Part shown: piece by piece, positions 1-12,110 of the stretch
Numbering within the stretch: the first letter of the stretch is position 1
Layout: each line of letters opens with the position of its first letter
Origin: Lingula anatina
Lineage: Eukaryota; Animalia; Brachiopoda
Length of the DNA stretch: 64,000 nt
Direction: 5' to 3'
Assembly (NCBI GenBank): GCA_051362555.1
Contig: CM120644.1
Coordinates: 2,240,954 to 2,304,953 of the forward strand
Notes under the pieces: model-generated
What the model was told of the DNA's origin: nothing
Databases searched by the model: none
What the model saw: the letters and a program-made list of their open reading frames with translations, nothing else
Made by a program: the position numbers and the translations under genes

Positions 1-194
1 TGAGGTCTATATTTCACAATAAATACATTGTTAATAACTCATATAAATATAATATTTTATGTTTTACAACAAAACAGGAGTTATAACTATTATTCTGATA
101 TCTGAGCTTGTCTTCACATCACGTAACCTCCATTGGTGGCTATAATCTGTTATAATCTCTTAAGAGATTTTAACAAAAAAAACAAACTTTTTAG

Positions 195-3100
195 AAAAAA
201 AACAGGGACTAACTTTGAATGTAAAAATTGATTCATCAACCATTGGTAAGTATGGGAAAATTGTTGTTTACTCCAGGAAAATTCATTTTTTGGTCGAAAC
301 GAAGAGTTATTATCCCTTTAATATCTATAATCACAATACTTTGATTTTACCAAACCTTTTTAGAAACATCATGCAACAGCTACATTTGATAAAAAATGGA
401 AGATCTTTTGAAAACATTCTGATGAAAATGTAATTTTCAAGTCGAATCACTAAATCTTCATATTCTAAAAAATCTACTAGTCGTTACAAATAATCACTTT
501 CCGTGGGCGTACGACCAGTGGGTAACGTCGCAGACTGGTTTTAAAAGTAAACTGTTACTCGGTGCAAAATTGTTTTTTAAGTTTAATATATGAGCTGTTA
601 CAGATGTAAAGGACATTGAGGAGCTGGACAAGAAAGTGAAGCTGGAATTCCGATTGCCGGAGGGAGATTTCAGCAAAGATGAAAATGTATTCAATGAAAA
701 CAAAGACAATTTGAGAGCACAGGTACTTTTATATTTTATTATTCTATGAACACATTTGTTTCTTAATATAATAGCTGAAATGAAAAAAAAAGTCCCACAA
801 AGTTGCATGGGAAGATTTATGGAAAATACCTGTATATTGTAAGTAGCAAATACAAGCACTTAAATTGTGTTGACTTACAAATAACAAAAAACGTACACTG
901 AATCAACCAGTGGCTACGTCTGTAGTGTACTACAACTCTACGTGTTTCAGCTGTTTCACCAATTCAATTCGTCCGGCATAGAAGGCCTCAAAGATGTAGA
1001 AATCATCGGTTTTAGGTAAGATGGGGATACGTGATTCTACTTGAAAGTCAAAAAGGCAATCTGCTGCTGTGGATGGTTTAAAAAGTGATCAACAAAAGCG
1101 ATGTATGATCAGTTTAAAGTGTTTTTTGTTTCTATTTTATTACGAAACAAACGCTATTTGACACTGGTGACAGGTAACATTCAAATAACATACATTTTCA
1201 TATAACATACATTTTCAGATTCATTACAGAGTAAATATTGAAATTTGGTGTATATTTTTGTGTTGCCATTCATTCTAAAAACGAAATTTTGTTCACAAGT
1301 TTGTAGTTTCTTGTGTTCTGTCATCTGTTGTCAGTCATTAAGAGTCAGTTTAATTTGTTTCAGAAATGGAAGTATCATCATAGACTACAACTTAATATTT
1401 GCTGTTAAGAGTTTCTTGAAACAAAACGGAACGTCCAACAGCACCCTAGATAAAATCAAAGATGTCCTTATCAATGGCAATACAACATTGGAACTAAAAG
1501 TGAATGGGTCTGTCAGAACGTTTACCCCAGACAGAAATTATAGCGTCGCTGAACTTGAAAAGATAGGTAAGAAATACGAATGTACTATTTACGGGATTTC
1601 CCCTCCGAAATAAAGCTAAATCCAAATGATTTTCTCTTGTACTCACTAACCGTCCTTATAAAAAATACGAACAATATATTTACAACATTGGTCAAAAAGA
1701 TTGTCCCACCCCCAATCCCACGTGCTTTTATTTACAAATGATAGCCTCGCAGGTGTAAATTGTCAAATACATTTTTTTCAGATGCCATATGTAACCTGGA
1801 TAATGGTTTAAAAAAATACAAAATAGAGAATATCCACATTTTGACCCATTTATTCAAAATTGTAACATGTCCCCCTCCAATCCAATGTTTCACTGTGATT
1901 TTCAGCGAGTTAAAGAAATTCCCATGAAATTGAAAAGAGACCGCTAAATATGACCTAATTTACACACAAATAGCATTAAGATGTGGTCGTTAAAGGTCAG
2001 GTATCATATAATGTGTGTATCTACCGCCTACTGTATAAGCTTTCAACAAGGGTAACGATTCTGCTTTGAGAAATATTCACTTCTCTTCCTTACGAGCTTG
2101 GCGGAGTTGGTCCAGATTATTAGGGAATTGGTTCTCCTCTGTATTGCACATTACAATTCACGCACAGGTGCTCAGTAGGCTTAATGCCATGGTGTATATA
2201 TTGTTGCCCCATCCTCAGAACATTGAGTTTCTGCAACAAAACAATCTCCACCGTATATTGTGATTTTTTAATAAAAAAACGAGAAGAGTAAACTACATAG
2301 TTCATAGAGTATCATAGATAAAACTGACACTATGGAAATACTAATTGTCAAATTATTATATTAACAGAGGCTAAGATACAAGATCCATGTATTCTTTACG
2401 ATGACGTGGACATATGTGCCTTTAGAACACAATCACGGGACTACACATGTATTCAAGAGAACCAAGGAGTGCGCTGTAAGCCCAAATGTGAGGGATGGAG
2501 CTGCAGTGGACATGGGTCGTGTATAGTGAGTTATCCCAGCTATGAACCCGAATGCGAGTAAGAACAATTTTCATCTTCGCTCATTAACGCTCATCATAAT
2601 AATATCGCTATATGAAATATATCGAATTAATTTTCCTTTATTTGCTGTTTTTCAGTTTTAATTATATTTCTACTCCGTTAATATACTAATGTACTACATT
2701 AATATGTCTACCCACTTTTCTTCAGTTGTGATACTGACCTCTCTTCTTTCCCTTGGAAATATTATTATGGTGTCAACTGCACAAAAATGCATATGTTAAC
2801 TCGGACCAATCCACCAAAGACGACACCAGCCAGACCAACAGTTAATACCCTGCGTAAGTCACGGGTATATTACTCACATTTCGATCCGCTTTTACCCAGA
2901 TTTATAACAAAATAAAATAAAAATAGAACGAGAAATAAAGTAAAATATAATAATGGCATACTAAAATGGAATCATTAAATTATCATAGTGAAAGTGAACT
3001 ATCATAAATGGTTGCATCCTGTAAATGTTTTCAAGGGAAGGGTAGCTTTAAAACAAGTCCCTTCGAAATCCGGACTTTAGATAATTAACACCCCATTCTC

Positions 3101-4058
3101 ATAGATTAGATCGACCTACATTGGATCGACCTAACTCCCTGGGGGTTCACGCTAAATAGCTGTCAGCCGGGCGGACACGAAAGTTAATTACCCCTTAAAG
3201 CTTGTAGTAGGCGGGGACGGACACTTAAGGGGGATTATCTGACAGTAATCTAGTGAGACTCCCCGCGGTGATAGATCGATCTAAAAGTTGTGAGAACAGA
3301 GCCTAAGCTTCTCAAAATATCGGTAAAATCGTAACGTTTATATAATAGAAAGTTATTATTGTTCATTTTTTTCAGAGGTGAATGTCACTTACGCCGAGAA
3401 TCTGAACAAGACAATTGCGCTAGAACTGCGATTGCTGTCTGGCGAGATTTCTACTTTTGCAAAGCACGCATTAGAAGTGAAACAACAGGTAAAACAGGTT
3501 AAACTAAGAGGCTTAGATAAAAAAGCTATGTATTTGTTTTATTTACTGCTATTTAGCCGCAATAAACATATATCAACTTACAAAAACTACATGCAGGTAA
3601 TCAATGAAATGATTGCAGAATAATACATATTGTAAAGTACAAAAGTTCAGTTCTTAATAACATATGTGCATCATCGCTATTTTAAACAACTGTTACGTAA
3701 AATATATTAATGCTCGAACCCTCCACCCCACCTCGCCGCTACATTGCATGGTTCAATCTACTATAAAGTACCCTGCAAAGTGCTTCTTGTGATAAACCAG
3801 TGCTGATTTTCTGTGCGCCATACCTTTGCTACTGTTAAGGACTGGGTGGTAGTATAGTAATGTGTGCCTCACGACCTAGACTGTACTACTGTAATGAGTG
3901 TTGTGTGTTTGTAACATTTATGATATGCATTGTTTATTGTAATTCTGTCTCATAATTTGGACTGTGCTATCGTAATGAGTATAGTTTGTTTGTAACGTTT
4001 GTGTATTTGTATGTTGTATTGTCTATTGCAATAAAAATAATATCTGTCCAAAAATTAT

Positions 4059-4121
<63 letters not shown>

Positions 4122-7100
4122 TTGTTTTTGGATTATTTAGACATTGACTTATTTTATATTTTATCACGTGTCCATCAATAAACTATCTGCAATTCGCAAT
4201 TTTAGCTGTCAAGCGTATTTAACGAGACTGGTCGGCTAAGAGGAGTTTCAATTAAAGGTTTCAGGTATATATATACATATATGATACGTTATTTCTTGTG
4301 TACTAATTTGTTAAAGAAACAACAGCGTCCCGTTTACATATCACACCTTTTTTAACTTCCGACTTCTTAATTTCATTGTATTCTTATGCAAATGAATAAT
4401 TATGTAAATATATTAACCAAATTAGCCATTAACCTGCGTAAACCTTAAACACCCCTACATGTATTGCTTGGCACTACAGTACATGCCTCAAATGCGCGAA
4501 AAGATCAACGATCAATTTTACCTTCATGTACTTACACGTCATGCTTTGGCTACCCTTGTCTCACTAGACTAACTCTCTAAGGTCTTGGTTGTGAATACAT
4601 CTATTGTTCCTTTATATTTATATTATTTGTCTTTTGCCACAGGAAAGGAATCGTGATAGTGGGTTTTGATTTGGTATACGCATTGAAGAGTTTCCTACAG
4701 ATAAATAAGAGCGCAAATGTTCCGGTTCCCAAAATTGTGGATGATTTGGAAACGATTCTTGACTCTGACATCAACATTGTTGTTGGGAGTAAAAATTACA
4801 CGGTAGATCGCAATTACAGCAAGGATCAAATTAAACATCTAGGTTTGTACTTACACACGCTATGCATGCTTTCTAAAATATTATAAACCAATCTTAGAAA
4901 CATGTATTTGGATTTGTGCACTGCAAAAGCATATAATGAGTGTAGTGATAAGGCTTATGTTATTCATAGTGGGTTACCAGAGTATCTTTGTAGTTTATGC
5001 AGAAAACTCAAAATAACACACACGATGTACATGGCAGATTTTGCTTGTCCTTTTCAGGAGATCAAATAAAAGGTATGTGCAAGTTACCGGGAAGCAGTTT
5101 TGACATTTGTGAAGCAACATCAGAGTGGCAAGATGAATGTGTTTTTCACAGTTCCACGAAGGCTATTAGTTGTGTGAACAAATGTCAGTCCGCTGGAATA
5201 GATTGCAGTGGTAAAGGAAAGTGCAGAGTCACACTCCCGAATTCTAACCCTAAATGCCAGTAAGTCTAAAAACAGAGCTGATGTCGTATTCATCATTTAT
5301 GTAAACTAATCATTTTCAGCGTTTTTTTTTTTTTTTTTTTTTGTTCTGCGTTTTGTTGTTGTGATTGCCATCTGTAATATTAACGAATTCAAAATCAGCG
5401 ATATTATTCATATACCGCCAAATTGAATGCATTCCAAAATGGCAATTTAAATTACCCCACATTGATAGTGATCATAGAGTATAAAAATATTTTTAAATTG
5501 ACTTCCAATTAAATGTTTATCCACAGAAGTCTGTAAAGAATTCTGTCACAAACTGAAATTAGGTATTTCATTCACGTGTGAATTATTACTTTTCATCTAA
5601 AGAACTCAATACACTCAAAATGCTGCTATTATTATTATTATTATTATTATTTCATAACAACCAAGGTGCTTTTCTGAGGAGGAATTCTTCACTGTGATAA
5701 CATATGTGGGAGAACACTGTTCAGAATCCAGCCAAACTCTAACTCAGGCTGGTATCATTATTATCACGGCCGGAGTGGGCGGTTTCTTCCTGCTGGTAGT
5801 CATAGCCCTGACCGTGGGGGTGGTCATCCTTAAGCGAAAGAACAAAGCTACGATAAGCAAGTAAGTCAGTTGGAACCGCATTTAAAAGTGTGAATGGGTA
5901 TTTGATATCAGGCCCGTAGTCTATTACAAACGGTGGGTCTTTTACTGAAAACATGGACCTTTTACGCTGGTGCACCTAGAGCAAAATTTATTCAGAGAGT
6001 ACGCTTTCCCCATCTTCTCTGGCTGCGGGCCTGTGACATTATATATGGATTAGTCCTAAAATGTCTACACCAACATGTAAATATCGTTATCGTCCCCTGT
6101 GCTCCCATAGATTTCTTTAATTGAAGTCACATTGACGGGCTATTAATAAGTATAATGTATAATCTTTGTTTAGTGCAACCCATTATTAACCATTTTTTTC
6201 ATAAAGAAAACGTTTGAGTAACACGATTACAGTTTATAAATTACTCTAACATTCATGTATCGAAATGTGTAGGCAAATAATAAATCTGATGATTGCGGAT
6301 GCAATCTTGTCATAATTAACCTATTTCCTCGTTAAAATCACTGTAAGATAACAATGTCATTGTCAGATACAAGTACCTAGAAGGTCAAGACAGAAACATG
6401 GATATTGAAGACCGATCAACAACATCGTCTGAGGACTCAGGCCAAGAGTCACGTGACATGAAACGCTATGTACACCACCATAACGTGCGTGTGTTTTTTT
6501 TTGTTTTATTAAAAGATTACGGGCTCCATTGCAATAGATGAACGTATGTGAACGTATTGTTTTATTTTAATAGATTGAATGTACTGTGCAGTAGATGGCC
6601 ATTGGCTGTAGGAATATGCATCGCCTTTTACACGTTGCAGTCAAAGTGTTTAGCTATTTTGAACATAATTCAAGTGCCACGTTTCATTATTGACATTGCT
6701 TTATATGAGAACAAAACATATCATTAATTCGATATTGCACATTATTAAACTTGGGAACACTACCTTGTTCAGCTAGGATATGGTGAAAACAACAACCATC
6801 GAAGAGAACACTCCTTTACTTTCTATCAGTGAATTATTTTAAAATTAACTTTTGCCAAGTATGTGCCTCATTGGGGGTGATCGAGTGGCTCCGACATGAA
6901 GTCTTTTTGGACTGCTCACATATGGGTATTTTATGATCTAACCAGACTAGTATTACTCAGGTGAAACTAGAGTCGTGTTTTACAACAGTGATACTAATAT
7001 TTCAGGGCTACGACCCTGATGGTGAGGACTACGTCGGCATAGACCCACATTACACAGGGTTCCAAGTGAGGCTTGATCATATCGACCCTACCATAGATGT

Positions 7101-7401
7101 AAGTTGATTAAAAATATTTTGTTTTTATTTTATTACAAGCAAAACACTCGTTTGGCGTGGTAATGTAGTGTATAAGCTGTATTTGTTTATAATCAATACC
7201 GCCTGACCTACATTTGGTATATCTTGATTCTTAATGTCACATAATGCGTCTGGTATTCAAATCACCTTTCATAATGCTTCACCACATGGTATCCAAGTAT
7301 AAATGAAGACATTTGGGATACTTATTGTGTTGTTTTGTTTTCAGTATTCAATTAGGAGACCGACGGTGTACACCCGTCCCTACGGTCCTCACCACAATTA
7401 A
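195..7401 (+). CDS. Transmembrane SEA/EGF mucin gene 1 (MUC3/12/17-like), 5' part outside the window; two SEA + Cys-rich/EGF modules, TM helix, cytoplasmic tail
   Basis: Phase-consistent GT-AG exons: 195-245 (tentative), 604-722, 951-1015, 1364-1566, 2368-2557, 2726-2853, 3376-3488, 4206-4264, 4643-4842, 5058-5259, 5666-5860, 6367-6484, 7006-7098, 7345-7401 (TAA). SEA1 motif KDVEIIGFR|NGSIIIDY; EGF-like CEGWSCSGHGSC..C.C..YYGVNC; TM GIIIITAGVGGFFLLVVIALTVGVVIL followed by KRKNK; tail GFQVRLDHIDPTIDYSIRRPTV. Several exon lengths (119, 65, 195 nt) are identical in the two downstream paralogs. AATAAA at 7929-7934. Confidence 0.88.
3089..3303. mobile_element. Palindromic MITE (PIF/Harbinger-like) in a gene 1 intron; relatives at ~10990-11102 and ~60563-60799
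   Basis: Imperfect inverted ends (CCCCATTCTCATAGATTAGATCGACCT ... AGATCGATCTAAAAGTTGTGAGAAC) flanked by TAA on both sides; shares TAGATCGATCT and TTTAGCGAGAATCCCC-like motifs with the other copies. Confidence 0.55.
4061..4118. repeat. (TA)n microsatellite
   Basis: Perfect TA run read directly. Confidence 0.97.
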
Positions 7402-8699
7402 AGCAACCCGAGATATAAGTGAATATAATGTGCTGTCACCTATCGAGCATTTCACGCCACCTATTGATCACTTTACATGATGGTATTGACACTACGGATT
7501 ACGGTAGTCCCTTCGTGCAATACTGCGTATAGTAACATTTGAATGTGGCAGTACACAAACACAATTCAGCGATCCCTTCAATAATATATCTATGACATAG
7601 ATTGTGTTTTATAAAACAGAAACTCTTGAAATCAATATTCAATATAATGATGAGAATGAATAGATATCTGACATTGAAGAAATCACTGTAGATACAAATG
7701 TAAAAATGTGTCGAACAAATATTGTTTACTGTAGAAAAATCACTTTTATAGCACTTTTTGCCCTGGAATGATTTGTTTTCCCTTTGATATCCCAGTATCT
7801 GTATCTGTGTGGTGCATTTAATCTTTCTTTGTACCCTTGTTTGTATGTTTTCATGAGCCGCCTTTAAACAAAATTGTATGTACAAATATTAAAAACCAGA
7901 ATTAATAGCATTGTAAATGGTTATAAGAAATAAAACACATGGCACATGTGGAGGCAGGGAGGCCATCAGGAAATTAATCTTAAGTGAGTCGGCCATATTT
8001 GATCAGTGGATCTGTAATGTTCTGCCTCTAGTCGACAGGAAGCACCCAACATAAGTCATGCATGGGGTTTGTTGACTACTGTGGTGTAGGCTAACTGACA
8101 GTGATCAGGGCAACGGGAACAGTTATACAGACCCTTGCATCCAAGCACTGGAAATGAAACTGATCACCTATTTAAGTTTTAGCATGGTAATGCTACTCCA
8201 CGTACAGACAATGCAACAGCAGGCTGGTTATGTGCGAACCAGATCCTAGACCCACCACTCCCAATGGCCAGCTTAATCCCCTAGATAAAAAGGATGTGTA
8301 GGATATCCTCAGAAATGGATAACTGATGGATAATTCTCCAAACAAATATGATCTCAAATTATCTATGTACAGTATGTGGTACAAACGTTACAGAACTTTT
8401 CGACTCCACACAAAGTACGTCTTCCAATCCAGACGATACTTTACAAAATACTAAAGTATGTTTTTTTTTAATTTTTTTTTTAAATATGATTCGGTAACTC
8501 ATGGTGGTACAATTAGTAAACTTTTGTGAAATAAAATCCCTCTAGAAGTTGAATATAGAATGACTTTCTGTATCATATACGCATTGCGTTAGGGGTGACA
8601 CTTCTTTGGCAGAGGAGTATATAAAACATACAACACGGATTATCTCTGCAAGGTCTGGAACGCCGTGAAATTATGACTGATACATGTATAATAATCGAG

Positions 8700-8700
<1 letters not shown>

Positions 8701-8764
<64 letters not shown>
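8701..8764. repeat. (TA)n microsatellite
   Basis: Perfect TA run read directly. Confidence 0.97.
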
Positions 8765-8767
<3 letters not shown>

Positions 8768-9164
8768 CAATTTAACTCAGTTTATTAAAGGTAACAGAAA
8801 ATGCTGCCTGCAGGTCCTGCTCTGATTATGCTTCAATAAAACCATTAATAATTGAGAAAATTGGAAAAAAAAGAAAACAATAAAACGTTACTCAACTTCA
8901 GCATCATTGTACTTTTTTTTTATCTAAGATCATATATGCTTTCATTGGATACGTGGTTCAATTCCCGTTTTTTTTTTTTTTTTTCATATACTATAGATCT
9001 GCTACTACTACTGCTACTGATGCTGCTCCTGCTGCTGCTATAGAACGGTTTGAAAACGTAATCCGCGTACATTGTGTCTTAATCCTTTTTGGCCTGAAAA
9101 TATTTCAATATTTTAAACTACCATGTTTATGCGTCTATTGATTGAAAGTTTACACATCGTTATT

Positions 9165-9326
9165 TGCTAGTTTATATCATTTAAGCACTAAGGCGTGTTT
9201 GCTTGATAAGGCATCAACGTCACCTTAATCAACGGTATAAAAAGAAGTCCGCTTGTGATTGATACCAATAAGTCAAAGTCCACTAAAACAAAACAGACAT
9301 TCAAGTCCAGCAAAAAGTAAGTGTGG
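9165..9326 (+). promoter_or_regulatory. Candidate promoter + non-coding first exon, copy 1 (probably for mucin gene 2)
   Basis: TGATAAG (GATA site) at 9204-9210, TATAAAAAG at 9236, splice donor GTAAGT at 9317. Gene 2's ATG lies immediately after a splice acceptor, so an upstream non-coding exon is required. Confidence 0.5.
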
Positions 9327-9774
9327 CTCTTCTTTTTAATGATTTTGATTGTAAAAAGTGTGCATTGTTTAACACTGCAAATAGGATACGAACAATCAGC
9401 TGCAAAACTCATTTTACTGTTTTGGAAGAGCACAGAGAACACCCACTCTGCATTCGGCGCGTTGTGGCTTTGATGCATTTTTGAGCTTGAGTTTGATAAT
9501 GTAGTGATGTGTGTTGAATGAATTGTATTTTCCGTTGTATGTATATATGTGTGTGTAGTTTGTGTTAGGCTGTATTTGAAACCGATAAAGCAGTATATAA
9601 ACGCAAGAAAAAATAAGATGTTCTTTGTGGAAAGATTCAAAATATGCATTTAAACAAAAGTAAAACGACTACATTATTTTATATTGTAATCCGTGAAATA
9701 ATGTGCAAACTTAAAAAATGTATGTTCACAATGTGTGCAAGAAAAAAATATGATTTATTTAATACACAGTTGTA

Positions 9775-9930
9775 TGCTAGTTTATCTTATTTTATCACTA
9801 GGGCGTATTTGCTTGATAAGACAGTAACGTCACCTTAAACAACGATATAAAAAGAAGTCACCATCTGATTGATACCAATCAGGTAAAGTCCACTAAACAG
9901 GCATTCCAGCGCAGCAAAACGTAAGTGTGG
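9775..9930 (+). promoter_or_regulatory. Candidate promoter + non-coding first exon, copy 2
   Basis: Diverged direct repeat of 9165-9326 that retains TGATAAG (9814-9820), TATAAAAAG (9846) and the donor GTAAGT (9921). Confidence 0.5.
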
Positions 9931-11107
9931 ATATCCACTTTATGATCTCGTAGCTCAAGAAACATATATATGGATGTCGTTGATGTTCATTTTTCAAATA
10001 TAAAAATAGAATTTATATATTATTGCAATCTAATGCAAAAACACAATCCTTCATCTTCATGATTCGAAAATACATTTTTTTTTTACAAATACTAGAATTC
10101 TTGGTGTAGGCCATCGTTATAGTGAATTTCAAAGGTTACTTATATGTAGTGGGAGTTAAACCTCTCCAAACTGAGTTGCCTTCAAAAACAAATATTGCTC
10201 GTAGCTCAAGACACTTATATATGGATTTCGTTGATGTTCATTTCCAACTATAAAAAATAGGATTTATATATTATTGTTTAATTACTTAATTCTTAATGAC
10301 CAGACAGTCTCTTAGGCAGCGACATGTTCATATGTATTTCAGAAAGCAATATTAGCACCCGGTACTTTTATTTGAGCTTTAGCGTTTTAGAAATATGCAT
10401 TTTGAAAGATAAGTTTCCAGGATTTGGGACAGTAGGGACAGGCGCTTTGTGGAATACTGCCCTACTTTCATGAAGAACTTGGCGAAGTTGGTCCATGTTA
10501 TTATGTTTTTAATATTCCTTTGCAATGCGTACTCAAAAACCATCTCAAATGTGTTCAATGAGGTTAGTGTCATGGCTCAAATGTGTCCAATGGCCATAAT
10601 ATTTTAACAGAAGTGCAGTAACCTTTTCGATCAAGATAGCATGTTGACGGCAGTGCTAGGGCTTTGTACAGCGTGCCGAGCTACTTGGCAAGTGGCGCAA
10701 TCTGCTATCAACACACCTCCGGTACATGTATAGATACATGTATATAACTTCGGGGAATGATATTTATTTTTTCATTATGTTTTTTTCTTGTACGCGTCAA
10801 GAGGGCTTAAGTTTGTGAAATCCTCATGTTTACAGGATATTACACTAAGGTGCGAGTAAACAATGCTTTATTAGGAATGCTGCAACGTAATGTGGACAAT
10901 GTGATATGTGCTCCCAAAAACCATGTACGCCCCTTGTTATACATAAACGCATAGACTGCATGTTTTAGTTTTGGAGGACTTTTAAGACTGGGTCCTCATA
11001 TCTAGATTGATCTGACATAATCGATCCATTTTCGAGGGATTTCTCGCTAAATTTCTTTCAGTTTAAACGGCTTAAGTCGATTGCAATTTAGCGAGAATCC
11101 CCTTTAT

Positions 11108-12110
11108 GTACTAACCTTTTCGATCAAGAGTGTATGCTGAGGACAGTGTAAGGGCTTTTTTACAGCGCGCCGAGTCATTTATGTGTTTGGCAAATTAGAG
11201 GTCAAGTAGCTTAAGGACACACGTAGTATTCGTGACAAAGACACTAGACTGATAACGCCGCATGCCTGATCTAAGCGCAAACAGAAATAACGTGTAACTT
11301 AAGATTACCTGTAATTAATAACCTCAGCAAGGACTTCACCTTGATAGGTTGACATTCTTTAAAAAGACAAATGACCGTGTTTTGAAACATTTTACCTACA
11401 CAGAAAGATAATGACGGCTGCATGTAATACGCCCGCACAAAAATGCAGTAGTATCGAAGTAGCAAAGAAGCATTAACGCAGTAGTGGTGTGGAGCATATT
11501 TGCAGTAGAAATGCAGTATAGCCTACTGCAATTCTACTTCAAAAATTACATAGGGTTGTACAGAGGAGGAGCATTAATGCAGTAGATTAGCAGCATGATA
11601 GAAGCATGTTTCAAATATGCTAATAAGCTCCCACTTCGAAGCAGATTTGAAGCATGTTTGCAGTATGATTGCAGTAGTCTACTGCGCTGGAGTATCTACT
11701 TCGTTTTCGTGCGGGCGGTTAAAACGGAAACAATATCCTGCAGTGTGATTTTGACCAGACTTCGAGCTTTTGGAAATATTTCCATTAAGAAGAAAGAATA
11801 ACCTACCCGATAACAAGAGACGCAATATGTTATCAACCCAGCTACATGTATAGTTAGACACTTCAGGGAATGGCATTTATTTCTCATTATGTCTTTTTTT
11901 GTGTATGTGTCATGAGAGCGTAAGTTTATCAAACCTTCATCTTCGCAAGGAATTACATCAACTTACGAGTAAATATTGGGGTCAAAGTTTATTTAAAAAT
12001 TCCGCAAATTGAATGTGGACACGGTGACATCTAAAATACGTACCTTCAAAACACTTAACGTTTCTTGTTTAACATGAAAGTATAAACCACTTGTTTTAGT
12101 TTTGGGGAGC
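11108..12110 (+). repeat. Diverged ~0.7-kb repeat unit (interrupted by a MITE); further copies at ~16119-16832 and, partially, ~10615-10985
   Basis: Collinear similarity, e.g. CATGCCTGATCTAAGCGCAAACAGAAAT and AAAGAATAACCTACCCGATAACAAGAGACGCAAT recur nearly exactly at ~16268 and ~16515. Confidence 0.8.
11432..11715. mobile_element. Non-autonomous CCC...GGG element with 2-bp TSD (CACTA/EnSpm-like MITE)
   Basis: Ends CCCGCACAAAAA / TTTTCGTGCGGG with CG on both flanks and internal TGCAGTA repeats. It is absent from the paralogous repeat copy at ~16435-16450, which shows the empty site. Confidence 0.75.

Noticed and set aside
8573-8770. YIYIYI, poly-I and poly-P ORFs (also 14246-14485, 17528-17905, 28214-28561, 43014-43205)
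   Set aside because: Translations of microsatellites or low-complexity DNA.
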